64,000 bases of DNA. It comes from Amoebidium appalachense. Taxonomy: Eukaryota > Protista > Ichthyosporea. Numbering within the stretch: the stretch's first letter is position 1; each line of letters begins with the position of its first letter. Shown here one piece after another: positions 28,393 through 64,000 of this stretch. The stretch spans positions 6,832,889 to 6,896,888 of the forward strand of contig CAVNZM010000012.1 of the NCBI GenBank assembly GCA_963693365.1. Reading direction: 5' to 3'. The translations under genes and the position numbers were made by a program. The notes below the pieces were generated by a model that saw only the letters and a program-made list of their open reading frames with translations, was not told the DNA's origin and did not search any database.

Positions 28393-28568
28393 ATACACAC
28401 ACACAGATACACACCCCTCCCCCCCCCCCCCCCCCCCCCCCCCTTAAACACACAAACACACATTAACATCTACACCAACTCAAACCCACTTTCCCCTTGA
28501 TCACATTAGTTCCCCTTCTAATATTACTTCCACCTTTTTATTCCCTTCCCACCCAACACACAGACGGG

Positions 28569-44698
<16,130 letters not shown>

Positions 44699-45947
44699 TT
44701 TGGCAGGAAATTTCACGGCCTGAACTAAGCGGGTGGTAGAAAATTGAGGAAAGTTTGCGGGTAAATTTGTATGCACGTGGTAGAATGGAGGAAATTTCAC
44801 TTCCTGAATCAAGCACTTGGTGGGATTTGCAGCAAGTTTTGTGGCATCAATTCAACTGCAAGTGCTAGGCCGATAGTTTTAGCTATACGGACTTCCGAAA
44901 ATGGACGAAAACCCCCTCAAAGGGGGGTCTAATGGAGTGCATGCAAATGTACACCTCCCAGGGTGTGAGGAGGAAAGAGGGCGGGGGGAGGGGGGGGGGG
45001 GGTTGGTTAGGAAATGGTGGTTTCCTTTAAAACGATTTTCTGACTTGTAATGCGGGCATTACACGATGTAAATAGTGAAGACGATAGATAACCCTAATAT
45101 TAATATGGAAACATATCTGGCATGTGATTGGTTCGGGGGCCCAGTGGTGGCTTATGATTTCGGGACAAGGTTCCCCTGGCTGAGTGCTTGTTTCTGGATG
45201 ATCTGATCAAGTTGATTCACGTTGCATAGGTTTGTCTGTTTTTGTTTTTACCGTGTTGTTCTTTTGCTTTAACGTTATTATCATTTGTGTTACCCGTCTT
45301 TATCACATGTTTTACCGTATTTTTCGATTGTTTTGCTTCATCCTGCACCCTCAACTTTGAGTGGGTATGTACTAAGGATCTGCAAAAGTACCGTTGTATC
45401 TCTATGTTTGCATTCAAGGTTTACCCATGGTTTAATGCTTGAAGCTATCCTATTGTTAGTCTTTAGGCTTTAAAATTTGATAGTCGTAGATAAACTTGTT
45501 CATCTGGCAATCTACACAGAGCTCGGAGATTGGAATCTTTACGCACATTGACGCTTGCTGCACGTTACGACTGAAGGTTGTTTGAGGAAGAGGAGAAGGG
45601 AGGGAGGGAGGGAGGGGAGTGGGGGGGGGAGGTGGGGGGGTATTGTGGTGATAGTGCAGAACGGTTCCCTACAGTTCTGTTTAGTTGGCACTCATGAAAT
45701 TGAATCTTCTCGAATGTTCCCGTTGGCATATTCAATATCTGATGTGGCATTGAATTAATTTGCGGAGCATGTACCGTGCACTGATGAAAGTGTCCTAGTG
45801 AGTGTATAAACATCATTCGCCTACGCCGGCTCTCCGGTCTGTGTCAGTATCTTCCCCCCTGCCCCCCCCCCCTCCCCCCTTCCCCCTTTCCCCTACCTCC
45901 CTCCCCTCCTCCTCCCCCTCCCCCCCCCCCCCCCCCCCCCCCCCCCC

Positions 45948-46180
45948 CAGTTCAGTTGATGCTGCTGTCTGAGTTGGAGAGTCGTATATACGCGGGCTAA
46001 GGGGTCGAAACTCAGACGCAAATGATGACTTGAGCCCTCCCTGAGGATGGGCTCTGCTTATGACGCATACTGTGCGCATGGCTGATGTTGCATACTTGAA
46101 TATTTGCCTTTGCATGTGTCCTGCACCATGCTTCTCATCGTGTATGCGTGCTTCGTACCGTGTTCCGCATTCAAACCCCG
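45948..46180 (+). repeat. Partial third copy of the ~400-bp element duplicated at 57023-57872
   Basis: agttcagttgatgctgctgtctgagttggag...ccgcattcaaacccc matches 57188-57420 with few substitutions. Confidence 0.9.
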
Positions 46181-46648
46181 GGGGGAGGCCGAGAAGGGGA
46201 GGGGGGGGAGGGGGGGGGGGGGTAGGCTCAGTACGTGGCCACGTGGAGTTAGAAAATGGAATGGCAAGAACCCAAGGGAAAAGGGTTGGGAGTGGGGGTG
46301 GTGGTGGGGAGGGGGGGGGGGGGGGGGGGTTTGAATGCGTCAAAAAGTACGAAGTACACAAGAACAAACGGATAACACGATGCAGAATGCAAGCCATACA
46401 TAAAGGGGGGGGGGGGGGGGGGGGGGGGGTTCTCCACGAGCAGTATTATCATAGGTGTTTGCATGGCCAACACCCACAAACCAAAAAAAAAACGGGAGGG
46501 GGGGGGGGGGGGGGGGGAGGGGATATGACGTGTTAAATTTGATAGAATGGATTTATTGCAAAGCACACAAAAGGAAAGGGCTATGCATCATAAGCAGAGC
46601 CAATTTTCAGATAGGCCCAAAGTTATGGATTCCACGGGCGCGGAGCCG

Positions 46649-46713
<65 letters not shown>

Positions 46714-47656
46714 AGGAGGGTTCACAACTACCGTAGTATCACAGCAAACCCTTTTGAGTCCAAAGACTACAGTAACACCAACTAAACCTGTTATTGCTTC
46801 CTGTCTGGCCACTGCTCGTGCCATCACACACCACGTTGATAGAAATAAGATTATAGCGTTGCTAAGGCTAACTCTGGAGTCCAACTACAGGTTATGTTCT
46901 TCTTTGATAATGATCGTGCCATGTCACTACCGCATGTTACGAAAAACCAATAACGAACCACACAGAATAGTAAAAGCGAACAAAACAAACAAACCAACAA
47001 GCAATTTTTTTTGTGTTTGATCCAATACGAGATGGCTACCAAAAATTGGATTTTAAAGGCTGATTTTGAGTGGGTAAAGGATATTAAGAAGAAAACAACT
47101 TTCTTCCCCAAACAACTTACAAAAACCGGTATGCCATAAATGGAAAAGACTTAAAATCCGTATCGTGTTGAACTACTTCCTTTTATGGGTCATAATACAA
47201 AAGGTGTGTGCCCACATGCAAATTGCGCAAAATGTTACACATTATCATTAACACTACTTATTCCACTAATGACCTGCCTATAAAAGATCACTATACAACG
47301 AGTCTACGAACTTAGATTGCCGTACTTAGTTGCGTGTGTGTGCCTCCACGCACGCATTGGCACCACTTTAATACCCATCCCCCCCCCCCCCCCCCCCCCC
47401 TTCCCCTCCCCCCCCCCCCCCCCCTCCAACCCCCCTCCCCCCCTTCTTCGGGGTGTCCACGTGAACACACACGAAAAAAAATAAAAATAAAATCATCAGA
47501 AATGAAAAGAAAAAGGTAAAGAGAAAAACCTTTTTTAAAAAAGCAAACATTTGAGAATTGAAAGTGTGTGAAGAAGAAGAGGACAGATTTGTGAACAGGA
47601 AAAAAGTTTGGAAAAGAAAAAAGAAATCCGAGACCAAAAACCCGGGAACAGTTGAT

Positions 47657-49153
47657 TCAGGCAGTAACATTAGCAGCCGGCTCAACCACGGTCGTGTGGA
47701 TTTGCGTAACCAATGCCACCGGTTTTGTCTTTGTGCTCGAAGTCCGCCGCAACCACGAAAAACTGAACCCACGCTTCACCTTCCCCCCCATTCCATCCCA
47801 TTCCATCTCCTCCTCCCCCTGCCCACCCGCCCCTCCCTCCTCCCCATCCCCAACTTTCGCATCTCCCGAACTCGAACTCGACCCACCGAGAAAGTTCGAG
47901 AACGGCGCAGATTTCCGGCGCTTTATAGAAGAAACCGACACCTTTCTCTCCAATGCAGATGTCGCACCCTGCTTCGACGAAGAGTCTGCCTTGCTCTCTT
48001 TGTCGGTTGGGCGCCTCCTCAAAGTACCTCCTGCATACATTGCCGCCCGCGCCGTCGTTGCCAATCTGTCCGCTATGGGTGATGATGTCGCCGCCGAAGT
48101 CGCGCCCGTGATTGAGCTCTTACGTGTGGCAGGCTGCGGGGTACTTGTGCTCACGCTCCTGCTCCGCTGCTTTTTCTGTTCACCTCCCGCCATGCCGTCC
48201 GAATTCGTCCGCATCATCGATTGAATGATGTCCGATTTGTTTTCAATCTGCCCCGTAGTACCATTTGCACCACCGTTCTCGGCCGTCTCCTTTGCGCACA
48301 GTTCAATGAACAACTTTTCCAGAACCTCAATCTCTGCCTTCAGCTTGGTCATTTTCGCTTGTGACTGCACGATCGCATCCTTCCGATGATCTGGTGTTGA
48401 TGTAACACACGCCTTCTGAACACTTCTGCGCCTACGCACCGCCTTCTCCTCTGCTGATGTAATAGAAAAAGCCGCTCGCTTCGCCAACGACACTTTCCGC
48501 CGAGGGGTAGGGTCGCTGGCGCATGATTTCGGAATGTCGTCATAATTTGCGGCGAGTACTTTTTTCGTGCCATTGAAAAAGGCGGGGCTGTCGAAATTGT
48601 CTGCGCACGTGCTCTCTTCCTCCGTCGGGGTGTCACCAGAGTCTGTTGTCGTCATACTCGAGGTGCTATCAGTACTTTCCATAGAGCTCATGGAAACCAT
48701 ATGTGACTCGTCGACGTCCACGCCCACACTACCCGCACTCGTGATTCCGTCGGAAAACTCTTCGGAATTTCCCGTTTCCTCCGCTAGTTCGATCCCCTCC
48801 GACTCACCTGTTTGACACACGGAGTCTACAGCATCACCAGGTTGTTCCCCCGCCTCCCACGAACTTTGCCTCCATGGTCGACTAATTTCCGTTGCTTCAC
48901 TGTGCAAACCGTGTGATACGATATCCGGCTGTTCAGATTCCAAAACATCACTTGCATCCAGCTCCAAAGTTTCCGTTTCCTCTACTGCGAGAGATTCATC
49001 TGGGATAGAGGAATTCCTTGGTTCGTTTGTGCAACTGTTGCCTACCGACTCTTCCCTTATCATGGTCAGGTCAAAAGGGGTTGCTCCTTCTAAGTTCTCG
49101 CTAGCAAGGGGTTCACGTAAGTGGTCGGTGGATGTTGGGCTAGGGACATCCAT
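47657..49153 (-). CDS. Hypothetical 498-aa intronless protein: acidic Ser/Glu-rich N-terminus, short coiled coil, basic Ser/Thr-rich C-terminus
   Basis: A 1.5-kb ATG-to-TGA ORF free of microsatellites. Heptad-like segment QAKMTKLKAEIEVLEKLFIELC. No recognisable family. Confidence 0.75.
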   Translation of the reverse strand: MDVPSPTSTDHLREPLASENLEGATPFDLTMIREESVGNSCTNEPRNSSIPDESLAVEETETLELDASDVLESEQPDIVSHGLHSEATEISRPWRQSSWEAGEQPGDAVDSVCQTGESEGIELAEETGNSEEFSDGITSAGSVGVDVDESHMVSMSSMESTDSTSSMTTTDSGDTPTEEESTCADNFDSPAFFNGTKKVLAANYDDIPKSCASDPTPRRKVSLAKRAAFSITSAEEKAVRRRRSVQKACVTSTPDHRKDAIVQSQAKMTKLKAEIEVLEKLFIELCAKETAENGGANGTTGQIENKSDIIQSMMRTNSDGMAGGEQKKQRSRSVSTSTPQPATRKSSITGATSAATSSPIADRLATTARAAMYAGGTLRRRPTDKESKADSSSKQGATSALERKVSVSSIKRRKSAPFSNFLGGSSSSSGDAKVGDGEEGGAGGQGEEEMEWDGMGGKVKRGFSFSWLRRTSSTKTKPVALVTQIHTTVVEPAANVTA

Positions 49154-52100
49154 GATGAAAGCTATTGAAGGGTACCTATTATTAAAATGAGGAGGTCCGA
49201 ATGTGAAAAGGACGTAAGAAACGAAAAGGTTTCAATGCATAAGATATTGTGCTGTTGTTAGAACATCCTGTAAACCATAACCTAAATATTCGCTATATTA
49301 GTCTGCTGCGGTGAGAGGATGCGGTGAGCTCTGCTGCTATACACTGAAGGGTCTGAAAGCCAGGTTGCTGCGTACCAAACAGTGATCGAAAGTGCGTATA
49401 TTTTTCCAAGAAATGCGTTTGTAAGAGCTCTTGGCTTTGCGAGGCGGAATTGTTTCTCCTATTCCCCTTCAACTTGCGTTGGAAAAAAAACTTCTGAGTA
49501 CAAAATAAGCAAAAGGCGTTGAACGCGCAGGAACGAAGCCACTCATCCCGTTTCTGAGCGAAGCAAAAGCCCTGTCAAGATTTGAAAACTTCGAGGCTCC
49601 GAGAATAGTATATGCTGCTGTAACAATAGACGAGAATGGATTTTAGGAAACTGTTATACTGTAATCCAGTAGTTAAATATTTATAAAAAATGTAGTTTTT
49701 TTATTGTAGTGTGACATATATTATCCGTACTCTGAAGCCTGAAAATAGAGGAGGCCGGTGTAGCCTGCCTACCATTTGGCGTCCATGTAACTCTGCTTCG
49801 CTTCTGGTGCGTTACGGCGATTGGCTAACAAGAGCTATCACCAAAGATCTGCGTGGTGCGTTTTCCTCCAATAATAAGGTTCTAATGATATTGTAAATGC
49901 AAAATATTTATTTAAAGTTTCTAAAAAAACTTAAAACTATCAATCAAGTTTAAAGTCGTGATTTTAGTTTCCTGACCCCACCCTACCCAAATTCCTTGGG
50001 CATCAACATGATCATTCCCCGCCCCGGGGGCCGGCCCGACCCGCGGCCCCCACGATGATCGTGCGCGTCGAGAACATTGCGTTAAGCGCATGCCTCTATT
50101 AGGAACTACAGTAAAAAGAGTCGTACGAGCTAGAGGGGTTGGATGCTATCTTGAAGTTGGAGGTGGAGCGGTATACGTAAATGATCGGGGCAAAGGGGGC
50201 CCAAGGAGATTAGAGATCGATGCGCGGCGTGTGTGTGTGCTTGTGTGGTGTTATGCTCGGGGGAAGGATGGGGGAGAGGAAGGAGGGGCTTTGGGTCAGT
50301 CCGAATCTTTGATTCCTAGTGGCTAGTGCCACACGAACGCATGCACAGTCACAAGTGTATAGCACACAGGCATTCAAGCAGGCTGTACCAAGAGCCCACA
50401 TGCAGATCCCAGCAAACAACACCCCCCCCCCCCCCCCCTCCCCCACCCATCCCACCCCACCGCAACACGTACACACAAACACACACGTACAAACACATGC
50501 ATATGCGGGGAAACCCTTGTATACACGTGTGCCCTGCCTATCACCGGAAGAAAAAGGTTTTCGCCCCAACTGAAATGGGATCAGCGTATAGCACCTTCGG
50601 GTTTTGACACTTGCCCACGGCATTGCTTTTGGTAAAAGAATCTTCTTGGTCAGTCTAGAAAGTCTCGAGATATTACGTATACCACCTTACATATAGGTAG
50701 GAAAGGTCGAGACGCAAAGGACAGAGTGAGCCGCTGCCTTTCAGCTGGTTGATGCAAAGATCCAGGAAAACCCCTTTGTAATCATTTGCAGTTGTCTACG
50801 TATAGAAAGAGGTTGTTTGTTATGCCTTCAACTCCGTCCTACTTCAGCGTGGCTGTCCCAGTGACATGCATCATAGTTTATGTACACGGGGCACTGGAAG
50901 AATCTGCTCGCAAAGTTGGGAATAGACTATGTATTAGACAGGCAAGTGAATGATCTGTTTTTGAGCTGCGAAATCTGTGAGTATTTCTGGAACTCTCAGC
51001 AAATAATGGTACATAATTTTCTACCATAGGTTTGGAAGGAGCATCCGCCAAAAATTCTCCCTACTGAGCAAGAGAAAAAAAAACGGAAAGGAAACTTCAA
51101 AGACCTGCCAAAAATTTCTGGAGAAGAAAATGCCTTCCTTTTACGTATACTATTGCCCACTTTGCAGTTTGATTAGCAGGCGTTGACTCTAAATTCGCAA
51201 AGAAAAGTATTTTTCAGTCCGGACGTAGCACAAAAGCCCACACACGAACAGTGGCTTTTGGGCTTTTGAGTATGCCATTGATTGGTGTGCCCCGGAGGTA
51301 ACGGTCCAGGCATGTGCAATGTGGTGAGTCTCACGTGTGCGTCTGAGCTACCCCGTGCGTGTCCGTTTCTTTGTGCGTGGGCAAAGGGAGCGTGTGTGTT
51401 TCGAAGAGCTTCGCACGGTTGCATTTGGGGTAAGTAAACGATCAGTTCACGGACGCTCGTACGCGTATGCTCGCACACACGTACGTAGGGACCACATGTG
51501 GGTTCAATCAATTTGGTATGCGCCTGATGAAAGTTGAAATGGGACAACATCGAGGGCTTTGAGGGAACTTCTAGTAATAACATTGCATGACTTAAAGGTT
51601 CTTAAATACACAAAAATACTTTGAACAAAGGTTTAACTTTATTTAAAATATTCTGCAAAGATTAACTTGTCATGGGCATTCTTGTCGTTCTTGCCGGTCT
51701 GCTTGGCGGGCTTATGCTATGATCGAGGTAATTTGTGACCTCGATCTCTGTTCTGGCTGGTGCCGCGTTTTTGTGTTTTCCCAGCACCTGTTTCTGTGGG
51801 AAGGCAAAAAAAGACCATCTTTCATGTTTTAGGTAGAGGTGAGGGATTTATGAGACAGTAGTTTAAGGAAAAGTTGAAGTATTTCAAATGCACTTGTGTG
51901 CGTTTTCTGTTAGCTCGTTGATTCAAAGCTGGGTTTTAGCTTGTTCAGGCAGTAGCGATTTAGAGTTCCCGCTTCTTGAAGGATTTTTATCAACGAAAAT
52001 AGTGTGTGTGTATAGGTGGATATAATTCCAGCGCCTAATTTGCACGTTTTCAATTCTTGCTAAGAGAACTCGACATTTCTAAGGGCTGTGAGGCGGCCAG

Positions 52101-52645
52101 GTGCTCTCTGTGCCGTTGATTGCGTCCCGTTTTGGGTAAGTATATGCGCCTTGGGAAAGAAACCCGAAATGTGAACTTTTTTTTTTGATAAATCGCGCGT
52201 TACTTGGCGTTTTAACTTGTGGATGTGAATGGAGGGTCTCCGTAGAGATGGATGAGTGTGGCTACTTCTCTCTAGAGAGTGTGGTCGGTGAAAAGGCTTG
52301 ATCTGCGGTTTGAGGGTTGTGTGCTTGTGTGTGTGTGTGTGTGTGTGTGTGTGCACACGCATGCGCTTGCACATGCGTGTGTGAACTGGCACGCTCACCT
52401 GCAGGTATACGCTCGTGCCTCTGTGTGTCAGTGCATGCATTAATGCACCCGTGTGACGCGTTGTTTTGGTTTTGTGTGTATACTAGAGTAGTCCGTGATG
52501 TGGGTCTATATGCGTTCGTACTCCACCAATTTATTTGTCCGAAAGGTGAAGTGAAGTGATTTCTGCTTCCAATTATCACGCGTCTACACGTTGCCCAAGC
52601 TTTGGGGAATACGAAGGTGTGCCTTACTGGCTTGTTTTTGCTGCC

Positions 52646-52654
52646 TATATAAAA
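52646..52654 (+). promoter_or_regulatory. TATA-box candidate upstream of a probable 5' UTR exon (donor GTAAGT at 52827) of the cNMP-domain gene
   Basis: TATATAAAA followed ~170 bp later by a consensus donor. Confidence 0.3.
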
Positions 52655-53218
52655 GTAGCTCGGTGTTCAGTCGTGGATATGGTTGGCGTTTAGCCCACAG
52701 AATGCCCTGGAGTACAGCACGATTTGTGCGAAGCTCCGCTAGAGGTGTTTTTACTTTCCCTCTGGCCTCCTTGTTTTTCGGAAACATCTTGTTGATGTTC
52801 TCCACTTCTGCTAACAGGGGACCATGGTAAGTGCTAAACCACGAGAGGGTGACGTTGAAGACACTTTAGAGAGGGGGGCACGTGCTTTGCTCTGCCCTCC
52901 TCGTCTTGCAGCCCAGCTTACGCCTGCATCCGCTCCTGGATGGGTCCCTGAAGAAGGTGTGTGTTTATGCTCTTCTTGTTGTGGCGGGGTTGTGAGGGGA
53001 CTTGCCCGGGGGGTTAACTGTAGAAACGAGCGGGAAGACGCGGGACGAACAACGTATGGGGAAAAGGAATACGGAAGACATGGACCTTCCTTTTAGTCCC
53101 CCCCCCCCCCCCTTTTTCAGGCCCCCATCCCCATCCCCTCCAAACAGTCCCCCCTACCCCTCTCTCCTCTCCCCACCTCCCCCAGCACACACAAACACAC
53201 ACACACACACACACACTT

Positions 53219-53290
<72 letters not shown>

Positions 53291-54173
53291 TCACTCACTC
53301 ACTCACTCACTCACTCACTCACTCACTCACTCACACACACAAACACTCACACACCCGTCCCCCCCTCCCCCCTCCCCCGGGCGCCAAACGCACACACACA
53401 CACACACTTGCTTTCCCCCCCCTCCACCTCCCCCCCCTCCGCCTCGGAAACCCCAGTGGTTTTGGCCTTGGATTGTGGCTTCAGTTCTCCCCCGGCATTT
53501 TCACCCTTGTCTTTTCATCGGCTCCCATTCGATAGGCTTGGGTTGGACCCCCTCCCCCCAGTGTGTTTCTCATCGCGTAGTCCTGCTTCATACCGTGCTT
53601 GGATTTCTAATCCCCCCCCTGCCCCCCCCCCCTCTTTCCCCCCCGACGATGGGCTTTACCTATGATGCATACTCTTTATGTGTGCTTTGCACTCTGCATT
53701 TTGCAGTAAGCCATGGATGTGCACTTGGTACTTGTAACACATTCTAACCCCCACTCCCCCCCCCCCCCCTTCCCCCCCTCTGCGCCTGTCTTCTCTCCCT
53801 TTCTCTCGTGACGGTGTCGTGTGCGCTTGTTTCCATGCCTTGTATGCTTAAATTGTTAGCTGCTTGACACGTTGAATGGTTCGTTAACTTCTGCTGGTTA
53901 ACAGCAACACGTCTGTTTATGTTTGTGGTTGTGTGTGTGTTGCCTGTGTGCGCGTTGCATGTGTGTATGTGTATGCGCGCGCGCATGTGAGGTTGTGTGT
54001 ATGTGTGTGGGGGGGGGCCGTGTGGGTGGGTTTGCATGTTGTGTGTTTGTGCATGCTTGTGGTTAATTTGCTGCTGTTTTGGGGAGGGTGGGGGATGGCA
54101 TGGAATGAAGGTGTGCCTGCCTGCCTGTACGTGTGCGTGCGTGCGTACGTGTGTGCGCGGGCAGAAGAGGGGG

Positions 54174-54229
<56 letters not shown>

Positions 54230-54343
54230 CTGGCTGCAGTGCAAAAATGGCTTGTGCTCTTAGCAGTACAACAAGCTGTTGTGTTTGGTTTTCCGCTTGA
54301 ACTGGGCACCAAGTTTGGTACTTATGTTATTGCCTTTTCAGGA

Positions 54344-61751
<7,408 letters not shown>

Positions 61752-62056
61752 GTTTGTAAGTTTTGAACGATGATTTTATGTTTGTGTTTTGCTGTTGCAG
61801 TACCGGGTGGTGGTGGCGGTGGTGATGGTGGGGTGTTTGTGTATGTAGTATTTATTAGAGGGGTAAAAAAAAATAAAAAAATAGAGTTGCTAGATTTAAT
61901 TGGGTGGTGTGGGTTTTTTTTTCTTTCTCTTTTTTTTTCTTGCTGTGGAATTGAGGCTAGGACACTGATCCGAGTGTGAGTCGTATTCACGTGTAGTTCG
62001 GGCCAAGCAATTACCTAATAGGCATGTGCAGGCAGGGTGCACACGGGGACACGCGT

Positions 62057-62090
<34 letters not shown>

Positions 62091-62270
62091 GCTATACGAT
62101 ATGTGCAAGTTGTTTGCGTTTTGTACAGATTATGAATCAGATTGCATCTTATGAGGTAGTTCTAATTTAGATGTTGATTAAGATAAGTGTTGCCACAAAT
62201 TAACGTAGTGGATGCACGCAAACAAGCTTGTTGCGCCCAGATTGCATGCACACACACTGGCAAACACACA

Positions 62271-62388
<118 letters not shown>

Positions 62389-62792
62389 CATACACACACA
62401 CGTTTTTATGAATTCGTTGTTACCACCTCAAGCCTCACTGAAAATAATTTGAACTCAATAACAATGTCATTCCAAACTGAGCAAATGATTTTTTGTCTTG
62501 ATACTTTTCGTGACACCTTTTTTTGCCTATTTTAGCTAAATATAGATATAACCACTATGTTTCTAAGATTTGAAGGTATTCGAAGCACCCGTGTACATGT
62601 ATCATGCGGATAAATATGAGCTTGGAACAGTTTAAATGCCTTTTGTTAGTTCGTTTGTAAGAGGTGTTTGTTCGAGCAGCCTGTTGACATAAACATCAAT
62701 GTTTGATTTGCTCCCGTCTGCCAAGCTTTTGCTTTTGAAGTAAAGTAGTTAACAAGAAAAGGCAGCTCTTGCTTGACGATTCGAGAATATGA

Positions 62793-62826
<34 letters not shown>

Positions 62827-64000
62827 AAAACATGCGCACACACACACACACACGCACACACACACACACACACACACACGTGTACACACATCTCCCCCCC
62901 CCCCTCCTCCCCCGTTCTCCACACGGTGCACACACGCACAGACGCAGACACACACGTGCGCACACACACAGTCACACACAGGAACGGTGTTGAATGATGA
63001 ATGATGCTGTGTCTCCTTGAGCTATGCAATCAGATGTACGGGATATCGAATAGGTTTTCACAGGGTTCAACATATTCTGTCCCACAATCAAATCGAAACA
63101 TTTCCGTCTGGGTCAAATGTTGCGCAATCATTGCACCCCCTAATCATTACATGCGCACAGCCACTGTTTGTAAACGCCCGTGTCCCTTTGTGTGGGTACA
63201 GAGGTGTGTAGGGCGGTGCAAGAGTGTACGTTCCCCTGACAATACCTGGATGCGTACACTGGTGTGATGGGTAATATGTGGGAACAACATCATAGTCTGA
63301 ACAACAGACGTAGTACGATAGTTTCAACACCGAAAGATTGTCCATGACGTGATGGGTGTGCAGGGTCGATTTGGCCCGGGTACCATATCAGGAGCGGGCA
63401 ATTTTTGAATTCTCCCTCCCCGGCCCCGCCGGGGAAAATTTGAGGTTTTTGGACCTCAAAGAAGTCAAATCCTGCAAAATCCACTACCGGGAGGCCAAAA
63501 AGGGTGATTTTACAAAAAAGGAGGGACATACATGAAAAAGAGAAAATGGGCGAGTTCAGTGGGCTGCCGATAAGTATATCTCGTGCTGGGCCGGTATACA
63601 TGCTGCCGTGGTTGTTGCTGTAGACGGCAGTATGGCATCGCATGTGTCACGTGACCTGCACGTGAATGCGACCATGTGCAGGCACTGAGTCTAGGGGGAT
63701 TTGTATGTGTGTTTTGGAGCACCGACAAGGCAGAGCCAGGGTGAGGGATGTGTAAACATGGAGTTTAGGGAGATCGTGCTGCTATTGTAACATGTGCACA
63801 AAACAGCCACGTGCACCGGCACACTCCGGTGTACAGAACAATAATATGCACATGCGTCACTGTAATATCATGTATGCGCATGCCGCACAAGGTTTAGGAG
63901 ACCACCACAGTATATACTATTTTCTTTTGGTTGATATCCATGTAGGAATGGTGTGTTGCAGTTGTCATGATCAGCCTGAGGCAGGCACGTGCACTCACTG

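Noticed and set aside
52584-52805. 73-aa minus-strand ORF
   Set aside because: It is short, has no motif, and overlaps the probable promoter and UTR exon of the plus-strand gene.
63360-63520. Short inverted repeat (tttgaggt...acctcaaa) near a CAGGG start as a MITE end
   Set aside because: The stem is only 8 bp and I found no matching opposite terminus or TSD.

Overview
This window is eukaryotic, intron-rich and saturated with microsatellites and homopolymers. A tandem DH-PH RhoGEF and spliceosomal introns point to a non-plant protist or opisthokont; the organism cannot be fixed from sequence alone. Most of the supplied ORF track is artefact of (CA)n, (GA)n and poly-G/C runs. Supported content: (1) two near-identical, intronless, secreted choloylglycine-hydrolase/penicillin-V-acylase-family Ntn-hydrolase genes on the minus strand inside a ~5.5-kb direct duplication; (2) a 4-exon alpha/beta-hydrolase; (3) a 21-exon RhoGEF with two DH-PH modules and one GC-AG intron; (4) an intronless 498-aa Ser/Glu-rich ORF; (5) a multi-exon cyclic-nucleotide-binding-domain gene with a long Gln/Gly/Pro-rich tail; plus minisatellites, two small dispersed repeat families and weaker gene candidates. 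The most unusual signals are 3' splice sites preceded by (CA)n instead of a polypyrimidine tract, intronic copies of exon 3' ends with mostly synonymous divergence in two unrelated genes, minisatellites in frame with adjacent exons, and a bacterial-type secreted amide hydrolase. Homopolymer lengths look unreliable (probable long-read errors). All exon coordinates and alignments were derived by hand.
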